Notes under the pieces: generated by a model | Databases searched by the model: none | What the model was told of the DNA's origin: nothing | Seen by the model: only the letters and a program-made list of their open reading frames with translations | Program-made: the position numbers and the translations under genes | Origin: Mobula hypostoma | Taxonomy: Eukaryota | Direction: 5' to 3' | DNA length: 64,000 bases | Assembly: GCF_963921235.1 (NCBI RefSeq) | Contig: NC_086109.1 | Location: 36,458,001-36,522,000, forward strand | Shown here: positions 12,603 to 24,005 of the stretch, in pieces | Layout of the letters: each line of letters starts with the position of its first letter | Numbering within the stretch: position 1 is the first letter of the stretch

Positions 12603-15430
12603 ATGGAGGCTGAGGAATTTATAAAGGCGCCGACCTTGGAGGCATTAGAGGATGCCAGGAAATCAGAATTGGTAGCTGTGGCCAAACTGTTGAATCTTGC
12701 TAAGGGGAAGTTGACAATGAGGAGAGAGGAGATACACAGAGCTATCGTAGAGCACTATGTGTCTAAAGGTGTGTTTCCCCAAGGCAAGCTGGGGGTGGTG
12801 TCTATTGAAAAACCTGCTGGAGACGTGGTACAGGTACAGCTTGAAAAACTGAGACTCGAGCACGAGTTCCGGGTACGGCAGTTAGAACACGAAGAGAAGC
12901 AGTTAGAAAGGCAGGAGAGAGAGTTAGAAAGGCAGGAGAAAGAGAGAGATTTAGAAAGGCAGGAGGGAGAGAGAGAGAGAGAGAGAGAGACAGCTGGAGC
13001 GAGAGGAGAAACAGAGGGAAAGGGAATTCGAGCTGGAGAAGTTAAAGATAAGGACAGAGCAGGGGCTCGTGCTGAACCAAGGTGGAGGGTTCCGGGTGAC
13101 CCAGGAGGTTCGGCTGGTTCCCCCATTTGACGATACCGACGTGGATCGGTACTTTCTCCATTTCGAAAAAGTGGCTACAAGTCAGGACTGGCACAGGGAT
13201 AAGTGGGTTGTTTTGCTTCAGAGTGTACTGAAAGGGAAAGCCCACCAAGCTTACTCCGCTTTGTCCGCGGAAGATGCCCAGAGGTATGAGGTGGTGAAAG
13301 AGGCCATCCTCAGGATTTATGAGTTGGTCCCGGAGGCATACCGGCAGAGGTTCCGGAATGCGAGGAAGCAGTGGGACCGCACGTATTTGGAGTTTGCCCG
13401 TGAGATGCAGACATATTGTGAGCGTTGGTGCACCTCGAAGGGGGTAGAGGGGGATTCTGTCAGACTGCTACAGCTGATCCTGATTGAGCAGTTTAAAGGT
13501 TGTGTCCCTGAGAGTATGAGACCCTACCTCGATGAAAAAGAGGCAGCAACATTAGCTGCAACTGCTAAGTTAGCGGATGAGTATGCGTTGACGCATAAAA
13601 TGAAGTTTGCCCCGAGTAAAGGCTACCAGAAGGGTAGTCAGGACGGCGGGGAGAGTCTGCCAGAAAAGTCAGAAAGTAAGCCGGGGACAAGTGAGAAGGA
13701 TAAGGTAGACCGAGAGCAGTCTGGTAGGAAGTCTCCTGGGGTCGTCTGTTATAATTGTGGGAAAGTCGGACACTTTGCGTCCAGGTGCTTTGCCCCAAAG
13801 AAGGAGACGGGAAAAGGAAAAACGGCGATTTTGACTGGCTGTATCGAGCTGGTACACGAACCGCTAGGGAAGGACAGGTCTGCCAAAGTTCAGGAAGAGC
13901 GCGAGAAGTTTATCTCGGCCGGATTGGTGTCAGTGAAGGAGGGGTTAAAACCAGTTCCAGTGCGGATCTGGAGAGACACGGGAGCGTGTCAGTCACTAAT
14001 ACTGAAGAGTATATTAGAGTTTATCTCAGAGACCCAGACTGGGGAGGTCAAGGTCAAAGGTATTGGAGAAGGGACAGAGACAGTCCCTTTGCACCAGGTA
14101 CACTTACAAAGCAACCTGGTCTCTGGACTAGTCACGACCGGGGTGAGGTCCGTATTACTGATGAAAGGTGTGGAAGTCTTGCTCGGTAATGACGTCGCTG
14201 GGGGAATCGTGTTCCCAGCAGTGAGATTGACAGGTCAGCCTGCCAGCATTGAAGCCCCGCCTATGGACTCACAGGTTCATCATGGGGCTGCGGTAGTAAA
14301 TTTAGCTGAGACGTTTCTGCCAACCTTGTACGAGAAGGGGGTAGAAAATGAAAAGAAGGAGTGTAGTGAGACAAGAGGTAGTGAGGGAGCTGAGACAGAC
14401 TTAGCAGTAGCCAGGAAAGAATTTGTGCAGACGCAGGAGCGAGACGAGGGGCTGATGGTTTTAGCAGAGACAGCTCTCTCTGACACAGAATTAACAAGGG
14501 AACTAGTAGGTTATTGTGTAGAGGAGGAAGTGCTAAGGAAGAAAGGGAAACCAAGTACCGTACCCGCAGATGAGGAATGGGGGGTGGTGCAAAGGAGTTA
14601 TGAGGATGAGATTTTTAACCTGGCCCACAAGGTACCCCCCGGTGAACATTTTGCGGTGCTGGAGGAAACAGTTGGTGGAATCATGAAAGAGGTTTACCGG
14701 CTGCCCAGGGGGAAGGATGTTATTGATTATGACCGACGCGAACTGAGACGGTCACAGGCTTTTGATATGCTAACAAACCTAGTCGGGGTTAGCGCGGAAA
14801 TCAATGAAGCTAGGGTCCCCCCGATAAGAGAAAAAAACCATTTTGAAAAGATGAGTATGGTATCGACCAGATGGGAGAAGGCTATTGTTTTGGCCAGGTC
14901 TGCTGATAAGGTTTCTCCCTTAATCCCCGAACAAAGCGACTCTTTAGGAGAAGTAATTAAACGACTCGCACACGTGTGTTTGATTGTCCCGAGGAGATGC
15001 AAAGAACTGGGACGTTGGGTGTTGTCTGTTACAATAGGTAAGCCTAGTGAGCAACATACATATAGAATGAGTAATTCAGTGACTAAAGGGCTGATGAACA
15101 CAGAGGTGTGTATTGGCAATTTAATACGGCTGTCTGAAGCCAGCTTGATAGTGAACCTTGAAAAAAAATGTGTTCGGCCACACGAAGGTCACTTATCTGG
15201 GAATTGTGGTGACACAGGGGCAGCTGGCTGTGATGCAAGCTACAGTGCAGGCTATCGCTGACCTCCCAACCCCGACAGATAAGAGGGCCCTCAGAAGGCT
15301 CTTGGAGATGGTGGGGTACTGTAGGAAGTTTTGCAATAACTCTGCGGTCACTACCCCTCCCCCTCCTACTGAGCCCTTGCGAGAGAAAACTAAGTCGGAA
15401 TGGGACGACCCTTGTTATTGTGGTCCGTGA
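12603..15430 (+). pseudogene. gag(SCAN, CCHC)-protease ORF fused in frame to IN/RT remnants, split by two simple-repeat frameshifts
   Basis: ORF 12603 (N-terminus, coiled coil) shifts at (GA)n about 12967-12990 into ORF 13069-15261 (FLHFEKVA, YELVPEAYRQRFR, LILIEQFKGC, CYNCGKVGHFASRC, RDTGA, LLGND). It then shifts at A8 15161-15168 into ORF 15158-15430 (FGHTKVTYLG, VGYCRKFC). Confidence 0.85.
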
Positions 15431-15690
15431 CAAAACCAAATGAGAGGTTACATTGATCACAATTCATCAGTGTTTTTGGCCACTATGAAGTTTGCTAAGT
15501 TGGAGCCTGGTCTAAGGGATTATTAATAACACGTATGAAAGGAACAGAAAATGTGATGGCTGACTGTCTGTCAGGTGTTGACAACTTCAAACTCGCTGTA
15601 TTAGCCAAATAGCTGATAAAGATGTATATTTGTGTGTGTATCAAATAATGTATTCATGTTTGTAATTTTTACCCCCCGGTAAAAATCCTT

Positions 15691-15702
15691 AAAGGGGGGA
15701 AG
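15691..15702 (+). promoter_or_regulatory. Polypurine tract
   Basis: AAAGGGGGGAAG immediately before the 3' LTR. Confidence 0.85.
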
Positions 15703-16553
15703 TGTGACAAGAATACACATAGATTAAGATGTTAGCTGTCCTGTGTGATCAGCAGTTGGTCTGCCACCTGTCTTCAGGAGAGAGAGAGATACGGAAAACA
15801 ATGGAGCAGCATTTGGAGATGTGTAATGAAGGGACGGGAGAGAGAGTAACAGAAGGAGGGAGCTGTCAAGAGCGGCTCCCCCTTTGAACCCTAAACTTTT
15901 TGAAGTGATGGACAGGCGATACCCCAGCAGGGGGATAGAAATGGACAGGTTCGCTAAGGCAAGACACACACGACACCCGAGGTAACAAGACCCTGGAAGC
16001 GGTGCGTTTCTCACAAGTCAGTGGGAAGTACCGGGCCATAAACGCGTAGGGTGGAAAGGTACAATCGGCGGGAACCTGGAGTATGTCCACCCTTGCCTGG
16101 GTGCCAGGTTCAGCACAGGGAAACGATCGTGTCTGGAAACGGAGGGGTCACGGTCGGTGACCTCAGATGACATCATAAAGGACTCGCCCGAAAGCTGACT
16201 GCGAAGGTCTGTGTGTGGAAGCCTTGAATATTCATTCGTTTTTGCTCTCTCTTTCCTCCTCCCCCCCACTGCCTATCGCCACGGCAGCGATTACTGCGAA
16301 CTGAACTGAACTTTGCGTTACTTTGAAACTGGTCATTTACCCCTAGACAACGATAGAGCTTGATTGATCCTGTTATCTTAATTCTGTGTACATGAATGTT
16401 TATCATTGCTGAACTGTTGCATTCATTATCCTTTTGATTAGAGTACTGTGTTGCTTGTTTCTTTAATAAAACTTTCTTAGTTCTAGTAATCCAGACTTCA
16501 ACTGAGTGATCCATTTCTGCTGGTTTGGCAACCCAGTTACGGGGTACGTAACA
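15703..16553 (+). repeat. 3' LTR (851 bp)
   Basis: Direct repeat of 11659-12503, roughly 3% different by eye, with many CpG transitions. Confidence 0.95.
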
Positions 16554-18277
16554 AATGTTTCTGGGACAATGATCTGTGGACAGATGAGACAACAGTTGAA
16601 CTTTTTGGCAGAAATGCACATTGCTATGTTTGGAGGTGAAAGGGCACTGCAACACCGAAACATCGTCCCAACTGTGAAGCATGGTTGAAGGAGCATCATG
16701 GTTTGGAGTTACTTTGCTCCCTCAACTTGCAATCATTGAGGGAACAGTGAATTCAAAATTATATCAAGTCATTTTTCAGGAGAATGTCAGGGGAGCAGTC
16801 TGTCACCTGAAGCTTAATAGAAATTGAATAATACAACAATTATCTAAAAGACAAGAGTAAATCAATGAAAGAATGGTTTAAAAAGAAGAAAATACATGTT
16901 CTGGAATGGCTGAGTCAAGGTTCTGGACTTAATCCTATAGAAATGTTGTAGAAGGACCTGAAGGAAGCAGTTTATGCAAGGAAGCCCAGCAGCATCCTAG
17001 AATAGAAGCAGTTTTTTAAGGAGAAATGGTGTAAAATTCCTCCAAGCCGATGTGCAGGACTTAGCAACAGTTACTTAAATGTCTGGTTGAAGTTATTCCT
17101 ATACAAGGGAGTCACACCAGTTACTGAAAGCAATGGTTCACATACTTCCTCCAACAAATACTTGTAATATTGGATCATTTTTCTCGGTAACTAAATGAAC
17201 GAGTATAATGTTTTTGTGTTATTTATTTAATAAGATTCTCTTTATCTAGTTTTAGGACTTACATAAGGATCTGATCACATTTTACTTCATATTTATGCAG
17301 TAATAGAGGAAATTCCACAGGGTTCAGAAACTTCCGAGCACCATTGTAATTTTAACATCTTCCTTTGCTATATCAATTGCACTTTTCTCAATGGTTTCTT
17401 TAGATTTGCAATTAGTTTTTTTTTGGTTGTATGTTAACTGATTTAGATGGTACAATCATGGCAGAATTATTGGAAAATAAAACTACCACTAAATTAGAGA
17501 TTATAAATTCTTTCTCTCCATTGAGATATACATTATTTCATTTTTAAGAAGTTGTATTCATTCCCTTACACTTTACAGGAATGAACTCTGCACCCTACTT
17601 CCTGTTCAATAGTTTCAAAGACATACAAGGGTAAATTCTGTGATTCTCCACTCCCAGTGTGGATTATTTTACTTGACAGGATAATCAAGCATAGAGGGCA
17701 GTGCACTCAATTTCTAATGCTCCCAATTTTACTAGTCATTAAACGAGTTCACTCACCTCCACGTTTAATTTTCTAATCCTTCCTTCTGTCAACGGAGGTT
17801 CTTATTGAACCTTGGGTCTCACAGGATTCACCCTGTAATGCCATTGGTGTTAAAGCATAAAAATCAATCATATGCAATCTTAGAACCGATTTTTATCTAT
17901 AATACAGTAAGCATAAAATTATGATATGTTGGAGCATAGGTATTCAAAGCATTCTATATAAAACTCTTGAAAATTACTTCTTAATGCAGTTGATAGATTA
18001 ACTCAAAAGCAGTTTATCACTTCTGTTTTACTTTGCATGCAATCATAGTTCACAATACTTTAGCTGTGTTTCAGGAGATAATTGCATTGTGTCTCCCCTT
18101 TGATCCCTAATTTCTTGCCTCTGAGCCTCCAATCTACTGAAGTAATGACCCCTCTCCCCTAATCCCTTCATTTTCACATGCCCTACCACAACCACTCAAT
18201 TGGTGTAGACCTCTAATCTTGCAGTCCTCTGAGGCTCCCTTGGAGATTTTGCTTTACAAATACCTGCTTCCCATCTG

Positions 18278-18800
18278 CCACAAAATGCTGGAGGAACTCA
18301 GCATGCCAGGTAGTATCTATGGAAAACAGAAAACTGCTGACATTTCAGGATGAGATCCTTTAACAAGACTGGAAAGGAAGAGGAGAAGTGAGAGTAGGAA
18401 GGTGGAGGGAAGGGTGGCAGAAGTACAAGGTAGTAGGTGACGGGTGAAAGCAGGAGAGGAGGGGGGCTGAAATACAAAGCGGGGAAATTAATTGGTGAAA
18501 GAGATAAAGGACTGGAGAAGGGGGAATCTGAAAGCAGAGGACAGAAAGCCATAGGAGAACAGGAGGAGGAGCTGCAGAAGAAGGTGATGGGCAGGTGAGG
18601 AGAAAAGGTGAGAGAGGGGAACAGGAATGGGGAATGGTGAAGGAGACAATTACTGGAAGTTCAAGAACTCAATGTTCTTGCCATCAGATTGGAGGCTACC
18701 CAGACGGAATATAATGCGTTGCTCCTCCAACCTGTGTGTGACCTCATCGCGGCAGTGGGGGAGGCCATGAACTGACATGTGGGAATGGGAATGGGATACT
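18278..18800 (-). mobile_element. Penelope-like element 3' fragment
   Basis: Antisense of the GIY-YIG C-terminus (RLEEQRIIFRLGSLQSDGKNIEF) and pseudo-LTR. Decayed hammerhead at about 18334-18372. Confidence 0.8.
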
Positions 18801-19599
18801 TAACTCTGATAGCTGGGTCACTGGTAATTTAAAATCTGTGTAACTTTTATACATTTACATTTTACCTAGATTAATCCTCGAAAACAAGTGGAAATTGTAC
18901 TTTGGGGAAATGTTGCCTTGATTAGGAATTGAAATTTTTAACTCACAATTTTCATTAAAAACCTCTAATTTTGTTAAAATCAATTGCACACAAGATGGTC
19001 TTGTCATATCTGCTATTGTGTTACAGATGACTGCTGTTTTGATGTTTACCTTGTGATATCTGATAAATGAATCTTAATAAAGAGCAGTATTTTTAATAAA
19101 TCTGACACCTACTTAGTGCTATTGATTCCAACAACAAAGGAACAACTGATATACAGTTCACCAAACAACCTATTTTATGCATTTCTCCAGTCAAACAATA
19201 ACTGCACAATTTACCTTAAATCACACAATTTTTCTCATTGATTCTGAAAAGAAAATGCAAGTTACCTTGTCCTGTGCTATTATTTATGCCAACAATTATG
19301 AAATATGATTTCTTTTCCTTTTAATGTCATTTGACAAAGGAATTATTCTAATCATATTAAGGAGAAAAAGCATAGCCACTAAAAAAAGCAGAAGGAGAAA
19401 TGTTAAGTGATTGTCTATTAATTTTACAGACAATAGTTTCTCATTTTGTAAAACGATGGGAATAAACAACTAATGGGTAGCTGCACCGTGTAATAGTTTT
19501 TATAGATGTGAACAATTATTTTAATATTTTATTAATTAGCGAGCCAGACATTGATATTGTTTTTCATCAGGGATAAGAAGTGTATTATTTTTCAGAGGG

Positions 19600-19745
19600 A
19601 CACAAAAGACTGCAGATGCTGGAATCTGGAAAAACAACCTGCTGGAGGAACTTATCGAGTCCTGAATCAAGTTTTGATTTGAAACGTCAGAAATTTTATA
19701 TCCCTGCACACGTGCTGGTCAGCCACTGAGTTACTCCAGCAGAGA
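19600..19745. mobile_element. Miniature inverted Penelope-derived element
   Basis: Antisense PLE end (ctgcagatgctggaatc...ctgctggaggaac) joined to a sense decayed hammerhead (gtcctga...gaaacgtc) and ...gagttactccagcag. Confidence 0.55.
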
Positions 19746-20744
19746 ATTTATTGCTTATTGCTCTTTAACTGAAAAACTGCATGTCATTAAAATATAACAG
19801 TTAAGTAATGTTGATTGAGACAACTAGATTTTATTGTATCAAAACTGTTTCAAGGAAGTGACCAGTGTTTAATTTTGCCAAAAAAAAAACAGATATTTTT
19901 GTATCTTTCTTTGGTTTCTCTCTTCCATTTCTGATCATACCCTCTCAAGACTGACATGTCCATGAGAATGTGTTTTCTACCTTAATCAAATTCCCAACTA
20001 AAAACTGACCATTGTGTAAGCTGAAATCGTCAAGTATTCTCAGCCCTTGGATAATGTGTTATTCATCTCTCTGCTTTCTAAACTCTCATACCTTCATTAA
20101 TTTCATAATTTTTTTCTGATCTTAAGACTACAATATTAGCACAGACATTACCTTTAGCTCTGTGCTATTTTGAGGAACAGCTTTTGAAGCTTGCTGATTA
20201 GTACTGAAGGGCATAGTGGTGCTTAATACAGAACTATAATCAATAAACAGCAGCCTGATGTAGGTATTGCTGTTGTCCATCTGGTCCAAAGCACAGTGGA
20301 AAGTGTGACATTTTGTTCCTTGTGGTGGTAGGCAAATTGCCGTGGGTCAAGGTCCTTGCTCAGACAGGAGTTAATTCCAGCCATCACCATCACAGTGCAC
20401 TCATCACAGTCGGTAAGAGGGTGGCCAGGTGATAGTCATTGAGGCAGCTCACCCTGCTTTTCTTGGGCACCAGTATGACTGATGTCCTTTTAATGCAGAT
20501 GGCAATGTCTGACTTCAGCAGTGAGAGATTGAAGATGCCTTTGAACACCCAGTTGGTAGGCACAGGTTTTCAGCAACCTAACAGGTGCACTGCCAGGGCT
20601 TGACACCTTGCAAGGGTTCAACAAGACTATATGGGTAGAACTTACAGAAAAGGAGGGGTAATAACTTTAATAAGATTGTAGTCTAGCCTCCCTAATAGTC
20701 ATCAGGAATTTAAGAAGAAAATATGTAAGGAAATCCCCTTTTTT

Positions 20745-21730
20745 TCTGGCCTTGGAGAGGATCCAGAGGAGGTTCATGAGAATGATCCTACAAAAAGTAG
20801 TGGACGCAACCAAGTCCATTATGGGTAAAGGCCTCCCCACCATTGAGCACATCTACGTGAAATGCTGTTACGGGAAAGCAACATCCATCATTAGAGATTC
20901 CTATCACCCAGGACATGCTTTCTTCTCACTGTTGCCATCAGAAAAAAGGTACAGGATCCTTAGGGCTCACACCACCTGGTTCAGGAACAGTTACTACCCT
21001 TCAACCATCAGACTCTTGAACTAAAATGGATATCTTCACTCAACTTCATTTGCCCCATCATTGAAGTATTCCAATTACCAATCAAATCACTTTCAAGGAC
21101 TATTCCTTATCATGTTCTCGACATTTGTTCATTTATTTATTATTATTATTTCTTCTTTTTGTGTTTGCACACCTTGTTGGTCTTCTGAACTCTGGTTGAA
21201 TGCCCTAGTTGAGTGGTCTTTCATTGATTGTGTTGTGGGTATTATTCTATAGACTTATTGAGTATGCCTGCAAGAAAATGGATTTCAAGATTTTATAAGG
21301 TGACATATATGTACTTTGATAATAAATGTACTTAGAACTTTGAACTTTGACCCCAGGAATGAAAGGATTAACAGATGAGAACTCGTTGATAGCTCTGTGC
21401 CTGTACTTGCTAGAGTTTAGAGGAATGAGGGGTAATCTCATTGAAACCTATTGAGTATTGAAAAGTCCAGAGACAGTGGATGTGGAGAGTATGTTGTCTA
21501 TAGTTGGGGAGTCTAGGAGCAGAGGGCACAGCTTCAGAATTGAGGAATATCCATTCAGAACAGAGATGAAGAAAAAATTATTTAGCTGGAGGGTGATGAA
21601 TCTGTGGAATTCATTGCCTCAGATGGCTGTGAAGGCTAGTCTTGTATATATTTAAGGCAGTGGTTGATAGGTTCTTGATTAATCAGGGTGTCAATGGTTA
21701 TGGAGAGAAGACAGGAGAATAGAGTTGAGA
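20745..21730 (+). mobile_element. CR1 3' fragment interrupted by a Rex1-type 3' fragment (about 20787-21350)
   Basis: LERIQRRFMRMI is interrupted and resumes as PGMKGL at about 21353, then SRSRGHSFRI...VMNLWNSLP. The insert reads LQKVVDATKSI...RNSYYPSTIRLLN with a (CTTTGA) tail. Confidence 0.75.
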
Positions 21731-21964
21731 ACAATAACTCTGGACAAGATTTTTTTTTTGAAATCGTTGCTTTCTCAGAACATTTTTTTTTTGTTTATGG
21801 TAGACTGCTGGAAGCTGAACACAAATATAATTCAAACTGCTTGTATCACTAGGAATGGAGAAACAAGAAATTAACTTTGATTGACTATAGTGTGTTTAAT
21901 TGCATAACGATGCTGATGCACTGCTATAGTTCAACTAAGCTAAAAATGTTTTGTTGATGATTTT

Positions 21965-22520
21965 CATTTGTACCTAGTGTCTGAAGCTTCTTGCTTAAGT
22001 GTCCAGTTGCCTAGATACCATTTCTCCATGACCACCATGTCCTGTTTAAACCTTTCTCTATGTTTTTCACGGACAGCACCAAGATTTGCAGGAAAGGAGT
22101 CTAAATGGGAACGCAGAAGATAAATTTTAGTGACATGTTGCACTTCATGATTTTGTATGCTTGAAGCATGTTGTCTACCAGCTGCAGGTAGTTTGATACT
22201 CTTTAGTTGCTAAGAAAATTTTCAACAACATCCTTGAATGCCTTCTATGCCATGTTCTCCAGTCCCACTAGAAGTTCTTCTAATTGCCTGTTATTGATAA
22301 TCTGTTTGATTTACGGACCAACAAAAATAGCTTCCTTAGTCTTGGCATCAGTTATTCTGGGAAACATTTGTCTCAAATATCAAAATTCTTAAAGAAATTT
22401 GTAGCCTTTCTAAAACCTGTCTTGCTATGCAGCATCCACCCTGGCCAAGTACGCTCAGGCATGTCTGGACATGATAGAAATCTTCTCAGCTTACACTGTG
22501 GGCAACATTTTAATTGACCT
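21965..22520 (-). pseudogene. Degraded DNA-transposase fragment, Chapaev3/CMC-like
   Basis: Minus translation YLRQMFPRITDAKTKEAIFVGP*IKQII...KAFKDVVENFLSN...MKCNMSLK/HLDSFPANLGAVREKHRERFKQDMVVMEKWYLGNW resembles the recalled CNMSLKIHFLHSHLDFFPENLGAVSDEHGERFHQD motif. Family assignment is from memory. Confidence 0.65.
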
Positions 22521-23540
22521 GAATTATGAATTGAAATAACAGATATAGGTGATTCAAAACAATAATGTGTGATAGGAAAATTAAATGGTGATTTTCATGA
22601 TGAGCAGCCCAAAATCCATAAGATACATCCAAAAATATTCAGCAAGCAAAATCTTTGCTGTTCAGTGTAATAAATCAGCCTTGATGAAATGGTGGAGCAG
22701 ATTCAATGGGCCAAATGGCCTAATTCTGCTTCAATCACCTTATGGAAATCACATAAGGATGTTGATGATTGATGAATAGGAGGTCATTAATAGCACTGTT
22801 GGTTTGCTGCTGTATAAAAAAGTAGTTGTTTCTGAAATATAGTAACTTCATGCAGTATCAAGCCAACTATAAATAATAAATTTTCATAAAAGTTTCTAAA
22901 GCTGTATTGGTAATAGGTCTTCGATCTGATTTATTAGTTTGTCCCTTCATAGAGGCTGCCTGGCCAGTTGAGTATTTCTGATTTCATTTCAAATTTTCTA
23001 GTTTCCACTGTATTTTGCAGGAATAATTTAAGAAACTGAGAAATCTGTTTGTTGCATGAACTTCAGAATAATTTAGAATGAGTAGCTATGAGCCATAATT
23101 CAAAATACACCCCTGAAAGTTGTTGCTATTTAAAATGATTGTTTTTTTTAACTTTGGACTTTGAATGTTAAAAGTTTAAAATAACCAAGCCAGTATTATC
23201 AAAACATACTTCCTGATTAACTCTGCTATTTAACACTGCATTTTAAGCAGAGAGCTAATAATTAAAACTTCTGTCAAAATTTTAAATGACAGAACAGTGC
23301 AAAATGTTTTATCTTTGATCAGTAACTGTCTTCTAAACTCACTCTGTCAGTAACTAAACTAAATGACAAGGCATAGTAATATTTAATTTTGGTTTGTACT
23401 CACCATTTTCTAGACTCTGTACTGAATAATAAAAAAATAAAAAATAGTTGTTTTTTGCCCAAGTTATTGAAATCTTTCTCCCATTGTGATATATTTTCAC
23501 TCAATGTTGTGAAGGAAGAAGTTCTCTTTTATTTGTTCAG

Positions 23541-23577
23541 ACCTCTATAAAGCCCGAGTGAACTTCAATAAAATGAT
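23541..23577 (+). CDS. Candidate 37-nt internal coding exon of an unidentified host gene
   Basis: Acceptor gttctcttttatttgttcag and consensus donor gtgagt in non-repetitive DNA. Only one frame is open: (x)LYKARVNFNKM(I/M), phase 1 to 2. Confidence 0.4.
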
Positions 23578-23894
23578 GTGAGTAAAGCAATAACAAAACC
23601 ATAAGCCCTGTTAATCAGCTTAGAAATGGCATCTCCAGGTATAATGAACAGGAAGAATTTTAAGTAGCTCCACAGATTTTTTGTACAAAGTGAATTCAAT
23701 TGATGTTATTGTAATTCAAATTTGCAAATGTTAATAAAGAATAAAGATTGAAGAGATTATTTTTATTTGACTCAACTACACTGAAACATTAAAAGTTACA
23801 GTGAAATGCACCATTTGCGTCCAAGGATGTGTTGGAGGCAGCCCAAACGTGTCCTCCTAGCATCAACATTGCATGTCCACAATTTACTAACCTA

Positions 23895-24005
23895 AGTGGC
23901 CACGGGGAGAATATACAAACATCTTACAGACAGCGGTGGAAACTGAACCCCAATTGCTTTATTGCTAATGCTGTAAAGCATTGCGCTAACCGCTACTCTA
24001 TTGTG
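23895..24005 (-). mobile_element. tRNA-derived SINE head fragment
   Basis: Minus strand GCACAATAGAGTAGCGGTTAGCGCAATGCTTTACAGC...GGGGTTCAGTTTCC...TGTTTGTATATTCTCCCCGTG, similar to the SINE at 5414. Confidence 0.6.

Larger units (their letters stand above)
11659..16553 (+). mobile_element. Gmr1-like (Ty3/Gypsy, PR-IN-RT order) LTR retrotransposon, internally deleted and non-autonomous
   Basis: Two LTRs of about 850 bp (TGT...ACA), 4-bp TSD AATG (11655-11658, 16554-16557), PBS, PPT, SCAN-like gag, CCHC knuckle, RDTGA protease, then integrase, RT and RNaseH remnants in that order. Confidence 0.92.
10321..17346 (+). mobile_element. Tc1-family DNA transposon (long IR/DR-type TIRs) with defective transposase and two nested insertions
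   Basis: TA at 10319-10320 and 17347-17348. TIRs of about 210 bp (CAGTGGTGCTTGGAAG...CTTCCGAGCACCATTG). Paired-like N-terminus PQSKQFSENLRRRIVEMYEAGKSYK from about 11248; WTDET at about 16576; PTVKHG; SGLNPIE at about 16922. Confidence 0.92.

Noticed and set aside
13069..15261. Domesticated SCAN-domain host gene
   Set aside because: It is flanked by two young LTRs with PBS, PPT and TSD inside a Tc1, has no C2H2 array, and is part of a mobile element.
17579..17630. Plus-strand exon-like segment (MNSAPYFLFNSFKDIQG)
   Set aside because: Good acceptor but weak donor, no recognisable homology, and not phase-compatible with the better candidates.
17756..17831. Minus-strand exon-like segment (cattacag ... 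GAG/gtgagt)
   Set aside because: Stops in all three frames; there is no support beyond splice-like motifs.
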